A DNA stretch of 41,317 nt, from the NCBI GenBank assembly GCA_041674765.1, contig JBAYVE010000011.1, positions 1-41,317 of the forward strand, given 5' to 3'. Both the position numbers and the translations under genes were made by a program. The notes under the pieces were generated by a model that saw only the letters and a program-made list of their open reading frames with translations, made no database searches and was not told where the DNA came from. Below, in pieces: positions 1 to 9,677 of this stretch. The DNA is from Patescibacteria group bacterium. GTDB lineage: Bacteria; Patescibacteriota; UBA1384; XYA2-FULL-43-10; 1-14-0-10-43-13. How positions within the stretch are numbered: the stretch's first letter is position 1; each line of letters begins with the position of its first letter.

Positions 1-372
1 AGATACCCAATGAGACATTTTTAGGAGTAATTTTAACGAATAAAAATAGAAATTGCCACCATATCTAAGTTAGGTCTAACATGAAGAGACATTCCATGTA
101 AAGATGCTGAGTATTTTTGTAACAACTCTTTTTGCGAGCTACTTATTGTCTTATAAATCATTTCGGTTATACTATACCTGATAAATGAATTCAGAAAAAA
201 AGAAAATTGATTACTCAAAACTGATTACCAAAATCATCGTATGGTTCATTCTGCTAACGATGGTTTTGTCAGGTATCATGATTTTTTAAACAAAATTGGA
301 GGAAGATCATTGAAATATTCTCTCAAATGAGGATATTTTTGGTAAAATAAATACAACAATAGGAGGATTAAT

Positions 373-2991
373 ATGACAAAGATATCTGGGCTAACTAGTG
401 CCCAAGCTAATGAAAAATTGAAAAAATATGGTTTTAATAAGCTAAACGAAAAAGCTGGTATCTCGCTAATACGGTTATTGGTCAATCAGTTAAAGAAGAA
501 CTACCTAATATATCTCTTTGTATTTACATCCGTCTTATCTTTTATCGTTGGCAAAAACGTTACGGGATGGGCGATCTTATTTATTGTCTTAATGGTTATT
601 GGCACAACCTTCATACAAGAATATCGGGCAGAAAAAGCGATTAGCTCCTTGAAGAATATGATATTACCTTTATCGATTGTTATTAGGAACGGCAGAGAAA
701 GAAGGACGGATTCATCTCTTATCGTCCCAGGAGATATTGTTATTTTGCATTCAGGCGAGAGAATACCGGCAGATGGAGTTATACTTCACGAGACTGAGCT
801 TCGAGTGAATGAATCAGTCTTAACCGGTGAATCTAAAGACATCGCCAAAACAGATAACAAAGATGCGCTCAATAACTTGAATAAAGTTTTTATGGGCACA
901 TTTGTAACTAGTGGGAAAGCAACGTTACAAATTACCCACACTGGAATGAATACAGAATTTGGAAAAATTGCCGGATTAATATCGGAAACCCAAAAAGAGC
1001 TACCGCTTCAAGAAAAGGTAAATAAGATTGTTCAATATATGGCAACTATCGCAATAATTGCCGGAATCTTAGTCGGGGTAATCTCACTCCTAAGAAATGC
1101 TCCTATTACAAACGAGGTGCTTGTTGAGACGATGCTTATCGTGATAGCTATAGTTATTTCTTCCTTTCCAGAGGGGTTCCCCGTTGTCCTCACTTCAACC
1201 CTTGCCTCGGGCGCATATCGTATGGCTCAAAAAAATGCTGTGGTGAACCGAATGTCGACGATTGAAACATTGGGAGAAACAACTGTAATTTGCTCTGACA
1301 AAACAGGAACGATCACCATGGGGGAAATGACTGTAGGCAAAATTATCACAAAAGATCATGAATATAATGTTAGCGGAACTGGTTTTAGCCCAGATGGACA
1401 AATAACTTTAGGTGAAAAAGTACAGGACAAAGAGAGCAATTCTGTGTTATTCGAGCTCCTTAAATGTGGCGTCGTTTGTAATGATGCCAGGATAAGCAAA
1501 GAGGAGGCTGATACTGATTTTCATATCGCTGGCACTCCAACAGAAGCATCGCTCCTTTTCCTTGGCGAAAAAGGAAATATTTATCAAGATGATTTTGACG
1601 CCGAAAGGATTAGTGAAATTCCGTTTAGTTCTGAGCGTAAGATGATGGCTATTTTGATCAACGAAGAGTCCGGCAAAAAAATTTATACCAAAGGAGCACC
1701 GGAAGTAATATTGAAGAAAACAACACATGTTTTAACAATCCACGGAGAAATAGAACTAACCAAAGACCAAAAACAAGAATTCGAAGACAAACTTGACTCA
1801 CTTGCAAAGAACGGTTTTCGAACATTGGCTTTAGCATATAAAAGTACGGACGGGAATAAAATCGAGGGCGAAGAAGGCGGGCTGACATTAATTGGAATCT
1901 TAGGTATTGATGATCCTCCAAGAAGTGATGTAGCAGAAGCGATCGCTGATGCAAACAGAGCAGGCATTAAAGTCAAAATGATTACTGGTGATAGTAAACA
2001 TACCGCAATAGCCATTGCACAACAAATTGGTATATCCAATAGTGTCCTATCCGGATCAGATCTAGATGGAATGAGTGATGATGAGCTAAGGCGAATAATC
2101 GCCGATATCTCAATCTTCGCCAGGGTAAAGCCTGAGCACAAACTTAGAATCGTTGACGCTTTGAAGGATAACGGTGAAATTGTAACCATGACGGGCGACG
2201 GGGTTAACGATGCTCCTGCACTAAAAGAGGCACACATTGGTGTTGCGATGGGAAAGAATGGCACTGATGCGACAAGAGAGGTTGCCGACTTAACACTTAG
2301 AGATGATAACTTTTCGACGATTGTTGAGGCAATCAAAGAAGGTAGGACAATATTTGATAATATTCAAAAGTTTGTTACTTATCAGCTTTCCTGCAACATG
2401 GCTGAACTGACGTTAATTATTCTAGCCGTAGTGCTAGGACTACCTTTGCCCCTGGTGGCATTGCAAATATTATTCATGAATTTAATTACCGATGATCTGC
2501 CGGCGATTAGCTTAGGATTTACTCCCTCGGCTAAGAATATTATGAGAATCAAACCTCGAAAACAATCTGACGTTTTGACAAAGAAACTAATCACATTGAT
2601 TGTTTCACTGGGGCTATCTGCCGGACTGGTGATTCTAGGTGTTTTCGCTTTTTCTTACAAAATTCTTCATCTTGATCTAGATACGTCAAGAACAGCAACG
2701 CTTTTGACTTTAATATTCATCGAAATTACCGCCGCATTTAGTTTTAGGTCATTGAAACAGAGAACCAAACAACTTCCATTTTTTGCTAATAAGTTTTTGG
2801 TTATTGCTTCCGCTATCTCGTTTCTCGCAACCTTAGCAATCGTTTATACGCCATTAAATGCAGTTTTTAATACGAGACCAATACATTTTCTCTGGTGGCC
2901 AATCTTCTTTGTACTTTCGCTGCCTGCGATTTGGCTGATTGATTATATTAAAATCAAGAAAGGCATAATAATCCCAATCGAACAGAAGTAA
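373..2991 (+). CDS. P-type cation-transporting ATPase (P2-like, Ca2+/Mg2+-type)
   Basis: 872 aa. Phosphorylation motif CSDKTGTITM, hinge MTGDGVNDAPALK, PEGFP in a TM helix and about 10 TM segments. RBS AGGAGG lies 8 nt upstream of the ATG. Confidence 0.9.
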   Translation: MTKISGLTSAQANEKLKKYGFNKLNEKAGISLIRLLVNQLKKNYLIYLFVFTSVLSFIVGKNVTGWAILFIVLMVIGTTFIQEYRAEKAISSLKNMILPLSIVIRNGRERRTDSSLIVPGDIVILHSGERIPADGVILHETELRVNESVLTGESKDIAKTDNKDALNNLNKVFMGTFVTSGKATLQITHTGMNTEFGKIAGLISETQKELPLQEKVNKIVQYMATIAIIAGILVGVISLLRNAPITNEVLVETMLIVIAIVISSFPEGFPVVLTSTLASGAYRMAQKNAVVNRMSTIETLGETTVICSDKTGTITMGEMTVGKIITKDHEYNVSGTGFSPDGQITLGEKVQDKESNSVLFELLKCGVVCNDARISKEEADTDFHIAGTPTEASLLFLGEKGNIYQDDFDAERISEIPFSSERKMMAILINEESGKKIYTKGAPEVILKKTTHVLTIHGEIELTKDQKQEFEDKLDSLAKNGFRTLALAYKSTDGNKIEGEEGGLTLIGILGIDDPPRSDVAEAIADANRAGIKVKMITGDSKHTAIAIAQQIGISNSVLSGSDLDGMSDDELRRIIADISIFARVKPEHKLRIVDALKDNGEIVTMTGDGVNDAPALKEAHIGVAMGKNGTDATREVADLTLRDDNFSTIVEAIKEGRTIFDNIQKFVTYQLSCNMAELTLIILAVVLGLPLPLVALQILFMNLITDDLPAISLGFTPSAKNIMRIKPRKQSDVLTKKLITLIVSLGLSAGLVILGVFAFSYKILHLDLDTSRTATLLTLIFIEITAAFSFRSLKQRTKQLPFFANKFLVIASAISFLATLAIVYTPLNAVFNTRPIHFLWWPIFFVLSLPAIWLIDYIKIKKGIIIPIEQK

Positions 2992-3005
2992 ATTCTCAAC
3001 CAATA

Positions 3006-4403
3006 TCAGAAAAATAAGAATGAAATTATAGTAGCAAGTCCTGCTAAAATCATTATTGCAGTGATAATCCAACCAAGAAAAGTAGTTACTGAATGATTAG
3101 TCCATTCACCCATAATTTTTTTATCGCTACTCAACTTAATGATCAAAATGAGAACTATTGGTGCCACTAGGCCATTTATGATTGCGGAATAGATCAGAGC
3201 TTTGATCGGATCAAGGCCGATAAAATTCATCCCCAAGCCGACAAGCATGGAAATAATGATTACGCCATAGAAAGCTGATGCCGTTTTCAGTTTATGGGAC
3301 AACCCTTCTCGCCAACCAAAACTCTCTGAAATAGCATAAGCAGAGGACCCCGCCAATACAGGTACGCCTAGTAAACCTGTTCCAATAATCCCGATAGCAA
3401 AAAGCCAAAAGGCACCGTCCCCAGCGAGCGGTCTTAAAGCCATGGCTGCATCAGACGCAGTATTTATATTTGTTATTCCTTGTTTGTAGAGGGTGGCAGC
3501 ACAGACTGCGATAATAAAGAACATAACGAGATTTGACAGGAACATGCCTGACCAGACGTCTATTCGCATCTTTTTTACTGCAGTCATATCAGTACCCTGT
3601 CTAGAGGCCAAGGTAACCTTTCCTTGAGCGATCTGATCTTCGACCTCCTGTGATGTTTGCCAAAAAAATAAATAGGGCGAAATTGTAGTGCCGAGAATGG
3701 CACAAATAAGCAAAATTTGATCTTTTGAGAAAGTAATGGAAGGTATAACTCCATGCCTAAACGCCTGAGTCCAAGAAAAATCTTGAACAGCGAAAGCTGT
3801 GAATATATAAGCCAACAAAACTAATGCTAGATATTTTAGATATTTAGCATACTTTGTGTAATTTATAAAAATTTGCATTAGTAATGTAACGAGAGTAAAG
3901 GCTACGACTAAAAATATGAATGGTATGTTTGGAGCTAAAAGTTGCACTCCTTTAGCCATTGCGCCTAGATTAGCTCCAATATTGAAAACATTTGAAAAAA
4001 AGAGCAATGCAGCACATACCAATAGTACTCGTCGTGAATAGTGACGACGAATATTTGCTGCAAGACCTCGCCCTGTGACCAACCCTAATCTGGCGCACAT
4101 TTCTTGCACTACGGCCATTAGCGGAAAGGTTAGAGCCGATAACCAAAGCAATTGATTTCCATATTGTGCACCAGTCTGTGAATATGTTGCAATTCCAGAT
4201 GGATCGTCACCAGAGGCACCTGTCGTAAGTCCTGGCCCGAGCCCATGCCAAAAATCCCTGGCATCTTTTAGTGGTCTTTGTTTAGTAACATTCTCGGCGA
4301 ATTTCTGCGTAGCGTTTGTAGCAGCATCTAGGGCTTCTGCAGGTTTGGATATAACATTTTTTATGAACTTATCTGTTTCTTTGTCATTTAGCATATGCTC
4401 CAA
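3006..4403 (-). CDS. Nramp-family divalent metal (Mn2+/Fe2+) transporter, MntH-like
   Basis: 465 aa polytopic membrane protein. N-terminal signature GDDPSGIATYSQTGAQYGNQLLWLSAL matches the Nramp DPGN...QAGAQYGYxLLW block. Confidence 0.8.
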   Translation of the reverse strand: MEHMLNDKETDKFIKNVISKPAEALDAATNATQKFAENVTKQRPLKDARDFWHGLGPGLTTGASGDDPSGIATYSQTGAQYGNQLLWLSALTFPLMAVVQEMCARLGLVTGRGLAANIRRHYSRRVLLVCAALLFFSNVFNIGANLGAMAKGVQLLAPNIPFIFLVVAFTLVTLLMQIFINYTKYAKYLKYLALVLLAYIFTAFAVQDFSWTQAFRHGVIPSITFSKDQILLICAILGTTISPYLFFWQTSQEVEDQIAQGKVTLASRQGTDMTAVKKMRIDVWSGMFLSNLVMFFIIAVCAATLYKQGITNINTASDAAMALRPLAGDGAFWLFAIGIIGTGLLGVPVLAGSSAYAISESFGWREGLSHKLKTASAFYGVIIISMLVGLGMNFIGLDPIKALIYSAIINGLVAPIVLILIIKLSSDKKIMGEWTNHSVTTFLGWIITAIMILAGLATIISFLFF

Positions 4404-4410
4404 TCTATAC

Positions 4411-4436
4411 TACTGTTGATAACAGTATAGTTGGTC
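4411..4436. promoter_or_regulatory. Imperfect palindrome TACTGTTGATAACAGTA just upstream of the Nramp start; candidate operator
   Basis: Inverted repeat ACTGTT-GAT-AACAGT seen directly, 10-35 bp upstream of the start codon at 4403. The regulator is unknown. Confidence 0.25.
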
Positions 4437-4465
4437 TGAAACATATAGTAAATTACTTCTAGTTA

Positions 4466-4945
4466 TTAGCTTCTAACGATCAGATAAAGAAAAATTATAA
4501 ACAAGAGAGCACATAATGATATCGTTAAATATCGGTTGGTACTTGTGGTTTTTTTATTCCCGGTACTATTACTGGCTAGATCTTTTAGCTGCCGAATGCG
4601 ATACAAGTCATTTTTTGCATGAATCCTATAGAAAATTGCTTCTTCGGCAAGATCTTTATTCTTTGGCTCAATTTCTTGTCCGTGCTCTTCAAATGCTCTT
4701 TTTACCAAATCTCTTACTCTTGATTCAGTATTAGTTTCTAGCTCATCCATTAGCTGTTGTTTTCCGATATTATCTCTGGCAAATTGAGTATAGATTGAGT
4801 CGATATATTCTTTCTCTTTTTTTTGAACCACATCAAAGCACTTTATCTCAATTTTCTTCAGCTTATCTGATTCCTCTTTTGATAAAATCTCAGAAAGTTT
4901 ATGTTCGATTGCAAACATTTTAGGCAGCATGTTAGACCGTTCCAT
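4466..4945 (-). CDS. hypothetical coiled-coil protein with C-terminal TM anchor
   Basis: 159 aa. Overlaps the upstream antiporter stop by 14 nt (operon-like coupling). Charged helical body and a hydrophobic C-terminal tail (LTISLCALLFIIFLYLIV). Confidence 0.45.
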   Translation of the reverse strand: MERSNMLPKMFAIEHKLSEILSKEESDKLKKIEIKCFDVVQKKEKEYIDSIYTQFARDNIGKQQLMDELETNTESRVRDLVKRAFEEHGQEIEPKNKDLAEEAIFYRIHAKNDLYRIRQLKDLASNSTGNKKTTSTNRYLTISLCALLFIIFLYLIVRS

Positions 4946-6641
4946 CAGTGCCCCATTGATTAGCTTCTACCTTTTTAAGCAAGTAAGCGATATGACGATC
5001 TCTCTCTTTGGTAAATGCACTTAAATCAAAGCCATGTTTGCTTATCAGAGTACAAGTATGATTTGTTCCAAGATAGTGAGGCATCATAACATAACTTGCC
5101 CCGTCTTTATATAATTCAGTGGCTTCGTCGATTCTCTCAGATTTAACAATAATTATTGCATCACGACTGTTTGCCCTCGCATGCCTCACAATTAAGCTCG
5201 TTGTCTCGAAATCTGTAATGGTCGATATCACCATTTTGGCTTGCTCAAAATTTAAATTATCTAAGAATTCATTATCATCAGCATCGCCATAGTGGCAATT
5301 AACTCCTCGCTCTGATAAGTCATTAACAACCTCAGGATTGAAATCCACAACAAGAAATTTTTTGCCCATTTTTTCAAACGAATCGATAAACTCATGTCCG
5401 ACATGATCAAAACCAAAAAGTATAATCTCGTAGTTTTCACTACTTTTCCGACGGCTGTTTCTGATGCTTTTGCGCTCAAAAATACCCAGGATTGGAGACA
5501 AAAACTTAAATATTTGATCAGAGTATGTAATGTAATAAGTTGATACACCCATAGTAACAAGGCCAACCATAGTTATTAGGGCAACATGATCCAGCGCTAG
5601 ATGTTTATTTTGCAAGCCTAATATCACCAATAAATGAGAAAATTCACTAATTTGAGCAACAGTTACGCCAGCCTTGAAGCTATTCTTTTTATTATGCCCC
5701 AGCAAGCCCATTATAGTCATTATAATTAGCGGACTTGCAATTAAGACAAATAGTGAGAATATCACAACTGGAACGAGCATAGTAGAAAAGCTACCTAGAG
5801 TAATATGAGTTCCGAGGATAACGAACCACAGTATAATAAAGAAATCTCTTAACGGCTTCAGTTTTGAACTAATTTCAAAACTATATGGTGACCCTGCCAA
5901 AGCAATACCAGCAAACAATGCGCCAATTTCGATAGAAAACCCAAATCCTTTGAAAAGTATGGCTATACCTAATCCCCAACTCAGTGAGAAAACAAAAAGA
6001 AGTTCTGTCGATTTTGCAAAGTAAGGAATAATTTTAGGTAAGAGGTATTTGCTAATCAACAGGAGTGGTGCAACGAGAACAGCACCTTTTGTTATGGTTT
6101 TAAGAGCTAATACGGGGATGGTATCATTAGTATTCGCCAAGGCAGCTATACCAATGATAATAAGCATGGCAATAATATCCTGAGTTAAAAGAAAACCAGT
6201 CGTGATCTTACCATATAACCTACCCAGATCTTTTTTATCTGAGAGAAGTTTTAAAATTATAATAGTGCTGCTAAATGTCAGAGCCAAGGCAATATATAAT
6301 GATACGACATTTGAAAATCCTATCGCTTTACCGATTAGGAATCCGAGGCCAGAGGTGAGCAGTACTTTTCCTATACCCGTGATTAAGGAGACCTTCCCGA
6401 CTTCTTTTATAATTTTTGGTGAGAGACTTAGACCTATAATAAAGATAAGCAATGCAATGCCTAATTGAGAAAATGTCTCAATTTCCTTTTGTGATTTCAA
6501 AATATTAAGGAAATAAGGCCCGGCTATAAGACCAGTAACAATATGTCCAATAATTAGCGGCTGTTTCAATAAAAACATTATTCCTGATACAATAGTAGCA
6601 ACAACGAGAACTAATCCTAGTTCAATGAAAATATTTTCCAT
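4932..6641 (-). CDS. CPA2-family cation:proton antiporter with C-terminal RCK/TrkA-N domain (KefB-like)
   Basis: 569 aa. N-terminal region of about 380 aa has multiple TM helices typical of a Na+/H+ exchanger. C-terminal ILFGFDHVGHEFIDSFEKMGKKFLVVDFNPEVV is a Rossmann TrkA-N fold. Confidence 0.85.
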   Translation of the reverse strand: MENIFIELGLVLVVATIVSGIMFLLKQPLIIGHIVTGLIAGPYFLNILKSQKEIETFSQLGIALLIFIIGLSLSPKIIKEVGKVSLITGIGKVLLTSGLGFLIGKAIGFSNVVSLYIALALTFSSTIIILKLLSDKKDLGRLYGKITTGFLLTQDIIAMLIIIGIAALANTNDTIPVLALKTITKGAVLVAPLLLISKYLLPKIIPYFAKSTELLFVFSLSWGLGIAILFKGFGFSIEIGALFAGIALAGSPYSFEISSKLKPLRDFFIILWFVILGTHITLGSFSTMLVPVVIFSLFVLIASPLIIMTIMGLLGHNKKNSFKAGVTVAQISEFSHLLVILGLQNKHLALDHVALITMVGLVTMGVSTYYITYSDQIFKFLSPILGIFERKSIRNSRRKSSENYEIILFGFDHVGHEFIDSFEKMGKKFLVVDFNPEVVNDLSERGVNCHYGDADDNEFLDNLNFEQAKMVISTITDFETTSLIVRHARANSRDAIIIVKSERIDEATELYKDGASYVMMPHYLGTNHTCTLISKHGFDLSAFTKERDRHIAYLLKKVEANQWGTDGTV

Positions 6642-6701
6642 TTAATTATTCCTTTCATAAGTCATTATAGAGCAAAAATAACAAACGATAAAGGAGCAAT
6701 A

Positions 6702-6851
6702 ATGTACTATATATTGGCAATATTTATTGCCTTCGGTAAATATTTCAAAAGATTGATTAAAATCGATTCTCAACTTGACGAGCTTGAGAAAAGGCTTGAT
6801 AAAAGAGAGGCAAAAATAAAATCTCTTGAGAAACGTCAAAAAAGTTAAATA
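6702..6851 (+). CDS. small membrane-anchored coiled-coil peptide (49 aa)
   Basis: ATG preceded by AAGGAG at a 5-nt spacer. Sequence MYYILAIFIAFGKYF + KRLIKIDSQLDELEKRLDKREAKIKSLEKRQKS. Competes with the antisense ORF 6642..6839, which looks spurious. Confidence 0.35.
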
Positions 6852-6968
6852 TTTGAATGAAGTGCAGTGAATCTAAAACATTGTTTTGTAATCGTTTCTT
6901 GATCCATGCAGTGAATGATCGTCTCAAACATTGTCTTTGAGGTAAATTATGTTATATTATGCATATAT

Positions 6969-7187
6969 ATGAATAGTCAAAATACCGATAAAATTTTAAA
7001 AGATCTAGGTGATAGATTAAAAAAAGCCCGAGAAGAAGCCAAGCTTACGCAGTCAGAAGTTGCCAAAGCGACCGGTATGAATGTCAATTACTATGCTCAA
7101 ATCGAACGAGGCGAGATTAATACTTCGTATGTGAAAGTGCATGCTATCGGCAAAGCCCTAAATATCAAACTGCTCGACATTTCTTAA
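6969..7187 (+). CDS. XRE-family helix-turn-helix transcriptional regulator
   Basis: LTQSEVAKATGMNVNYYAQIERGE is a Cro/C1-type HTH. The internal Met at 6969 is preferred over the ORF-track start at 6915. Operator-like repeats lie upstream. Confidence 0.7.
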   Translation: MNSQNTDKILKDLGDRLKKAREEAKLTQSEVAKATGMNVNYYAQIERGEINTSYVKVHAIGKALNIKLLDIS

Positions 7188-7217
7188 TATCATAGCGGTG
7201 TATGCCAAAGGAAAATA

Positions 7218-7850
7218 ATGATTGAGATAAAATATTCGCTAAATACATTTATTCCTTCCGATAATCCTGATGATTATGTCTATGATATCAAGGGAGATAT
7301 TTTTTGGTCGGAAATTACTGATTCAGGCAAAGAAATAAATCAAAAAGTCGGGACTTTGACGGCCTACTTGGTGGATATTGTTTCAGCTATGAATGATAGG
7401 GTGTCTCTACTGGATGTAATGGATGAACATAGTGATAACGTTTACCGATATTACGAGCTTCTTATTGATAAAAAAGAAAATGACTTCAAAGAAGATTTAA
7501 TTGAAGGACAGGAAAGACCGACAAACTTTAATCTGTTAATTATCGATCGCATAGAAATAGCTCCAAAATATCGAGGCAGGAATATCGGTTTTGCTGCAAT
7601 TAGTGACTTAATCAGAGTATTCGGTCATAGTTGCGGATATGTTGCAGCCGAATCATTTCCACTGCAGTTTGAGGCAGGAAATGAAAATAATGAATCCACT
7701 GACAAGGAATTAGCTACACTAAAACTAAAAAACTATTACTCTAAACTAGGCTTCAAAAACATCAAAGGCACCGATTTTATGCTTCTCAATCTTGATTATT
7801 TCAACCCACCAAAAGTTGAATTGGTTGATGGGAAGTTTGAGCTCGTATAA
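7218..7850 (+). CDS. GNAT-like acetyltransferase-fold protein
   Basis: 210 aa. IDRIEIAPKYRGRNIGFAAISDLI resembles GNAT motif A (R/Q-x-x-G-x-G/A). Starts 30 nt after the XRE gene. Confidence 0.55.
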   Translation: MIEIKYSLNTFIPSDNPDDYVYDIKGDIFWSEITDSGKEINQKVGTLTAYLVDIVSAMNDRVSLLDVMDEHSDNVYRYYELLIDKKENDFKEDLIEGQERPTNFNLLIIDRIEIAPKYRGRNIGFAAISDLIRVFGHSCGYVAAESFPLQFEAGNENNESTDKELATLKLKNYYSKLGFKNIKGTDFMLLNLDYFNPPKVELVDGKFELV

Positions 7851-7885
7851 TTTATAGATTACGGATTCTGGAGATATCGTCAAAT

Positions 7886-7924
7886 ACAAAAAAGCAGGTA
7901 GTCAACGCCCTCCTGCTTTTTTGT
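7886..7924. terminator. bidirectional hairpin terminator (AGCAGG...CCTGCT + T-run, with an A-run on the other side)
   Basis: Seen directly in AAAAAAGCAGGTAGTCAACGCCCTCCTGCTTTTTTG, downstream of the GNAT gene. Confidence 0.4.
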
Positions 7925-8197
7925 ATTTCTTGCTCTTTTGAACTATGAGTATTTTTTACGATTGCAAAGAGTCGAGCCAGCCAATTTTTTTGTAGTCTTG
8001 CTTGTGCTTCCGCTCTTGAGAGCTGCTGACGCCTTTGTTGCAATTTTTTTAGTTGTTCGCACCGAGTTAATTTTAGCCATTGTTGTGCCTTTAGCGATAT
8101 TATACTGATAACCGAGGATCGACCGTACGCTGCCGCCTCCATGCTAGCTTTTCGCCAGCACAGCGACCACTCAATTCCATTTTATTTCTGACTTTAC

Positions 8198-8263
8198 ATT
8201 TTGTCAATATTAATTACATTTAGTGTAAAAACTATTGACAAAGTCGAACTAATTGGATATATT
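8198..8263 (+). promoter_or_regulatory. sigma70-like promoter TTGACA-N17-TATATT overlapped by a 9-bp inverted repeat (operator-like)
   Basis: TTGACA at 8235-8240 and TATATT at 8258-8263. TTGTCAATA (8198-8206) and TATTGACAA (8233-8241) are exact reverse complements. Confidence 0.5.
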
Positions 8264-8297
8264 TAGATTAATAAAAATAATCCGGAGGTGTTTTTTC

Positions 8298-8993
8298 ATG
8301 AACACTTTTGCAGAAAAAATTAAAAATTTGAGACAGCAAAGAGGACTTAATCAGGCTCAAGTTGCTGATCAGATTAATATTTCCAGACCATCATATATTG
8401 ATGTAGAGAAAGGTGAAAAAGAGTTAACTTTTTCACAATTAAAACAATTGTCTGGTATTTTTCAAATTTCCCTAGAAGAATTAATTTTTGATACTGCTCA
8501 GGTTTCGGCAAATGACTTTAATTTAGAAAAATATAAACAAATTGTTTTAAATTGCTTACAGTATGGAGCTGCTGAGGATGGTAAAATCACAAAAACTAAA
8601 CTTGCAAAATTAGCATATCTAGCTGATTTCGCCTGGTTTTACAATCATCTTCAGCCAATGAGTGGGCTTGCTTACCGGAGAATTCAGCAGGGACCAGTTC
8701 CAGATCAATACTTTCGAATAATTGATGAATTATATGAAGACGGAACCATTGCCATTGAACACAAAGGTACGGCACACCTAATTAAGCTTGAACTAATTGA
8801 AACTCCTTCAACAGATAAATTGGATTCGGAAGAATTAACTCTAATTAAAAAAATTGCTAAAAATTGGAGAGAGAAGAGCACGCAGGAAATTGTAAACTTT
8901 ACTCATAGCCAATTACCATGGAAGATCTGCCGTCAAGGCGAGATTATTCCTTATGAATTGATAACTCAGGAAGAACCGGAGCATGTCTACTAG
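8298..8993 (+). CDS. XRE-HTH + Panacea (DUF4065) domain protein, antitoxin-like
   Basis: N-terminal LNQAQVADQINISRPSYIDVEKGE is an HTH. C-terminal KLAKLAYLADFAW...RRIQQGPVPDQYF matches the DUF4065/Panacea signature. Start taken at the Met with a GGAGG RBS, because the ORF-track start at 8253 overlaps the promoter. Confidence 0.7.
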   Translation: MNTFAEKIKNLRQQRGLNQAQVADQINISRPSYIDVEKGEKELTFSQLKQLSGIFQISLEELIFDTAQVSANDFNLEKYKQIVLNCLQYGAAEDGKITKTKLAKLAYLADFAWFYNHLQPMSGLAYRRIQQGPVPDQYFRIIDELYEDGTIAIEHKGTAHLIKLELIETPSTDKLDSEELTLIKKIAKNWREKSTQEIVNFTHSQLPWKICRQGEIIPYELITQEEPEHVY

Positions 8994-9390
8994 TGGTGGG
9001 GAAAATTTTGAGGTGACTATTGAAGAATTTGCTGGTAGGCATTTTGTTAAGCAGTTTCATAAAAAATATAAAAAGGCTTGGGATATTACAGAAAATGCTA
9101 TAATCGCCGAGCTTAAAAGAGTCGATAATATCATCGGTTGCAACGATTATGTTGAAATTATCAAAAGCAATTGCGAGACAGTTCTTATTAAACTCTATTT
9201 TAAAATCGCAGGCACCAACGAATCAAAGAAGAGTTCTGGAAATAGGGCTATTGTTCTTGCAGACATGAAAAACAGAAACTGTAAGATTTTATTAGTATAT
9301 TCAAAGAACAATATCTGTCCACCAAACGAGACGCAAAAATGGCAAACGCTAGTTAGAGAGAATTACCAAGATCTGCAGAATTATCTTTAG
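8983..9390 (+). CDS. putative toxin partner of the Panacea protein (family unassigned)
   Basis: 135 aa. Overlaps the upstream stop by 11 nt. Basic, with GNRAIVLADMKNRNCKILLVYSK reminiscent of a RelE/ParE-fold C-terminus. Assignment rests on gene context only. Confidence 0.45.
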   Translation: MSTSGGENFEVTIEEFAGRHFVKQFHKKYKKAWDITENAIIAELKRVDNIIGCNDYVEIIKSNCETVLIKLYFKIAGTNESKKSSGNRAIVLADMKNRNCKILLVYSKNNICPPNETQKWQTLVRENYQDLQNYL

Positions 9391-9468
9391 CCTCGAACCC
9401 AAGCATAAATCGGTTCAGCCAGTCCAAAAGGTGTTCGATAGAAAGTGCGTTGAGGCTACCAAAATAAG

Positions 9469-9496
9469 AACTTCACTTCGGTGGAGTTTTTATTTT
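9469..9496 (+). terminator. rho-independent terminator (8-bp stem, UUCG loop, T-run)
   Basis: AACTTCAC-TTCG-GTGGAGTT followed by TTTATTTT. Confidence 0.6.
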
Positions 9497-9677
9497 GACA
9501 ATCGGCAACTCCATTTTCGTGATTCACAGGACTCCGCAACTCACTTTAGCTGAAATTCGGACGCGAGATCGCGATTGTTGAAAATGACCTGTTTTTTAAA
9601 TTTCTCCAAAGATTTTTTATTCGGAGCACGTATGATAAGGACGGAATAAAAAATAATGAACATAGGAAAGGAGAAAC

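Noticed and set aside
1195-2594. Several minus-strand ORFs (68-217 aa) inside the P-type ATPase gene
   Set aside because: They are fully antisense to a well-supported 872-aa gene and have low-complexity, Ser/Cys-rich translations.
4411-4436. Palindrome upstream of the Nramp gene read as a LexA/SOS box (CTGT...ACAG)
   Set aside because: The half-site spacing is 5 nt, not the 8 nt of CTGT-N8-ACAG. Kept only as a generic candidate operator.
6642-6839. 65-aa minus ORF (Cys/Phe-rich)
   Set aside because: It is antisense to a small + ORF with a strong RBS and its translation looks like AT-rich noise.
7852-8142. 96-aa minus ORF (Q/R-rich)
   Set aside because: It contains the bidirectional terminator hairpin and has a low-complexity translation. 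Probably non-coding, though the GC-rich patch at 8100-8170 remains unexplained.
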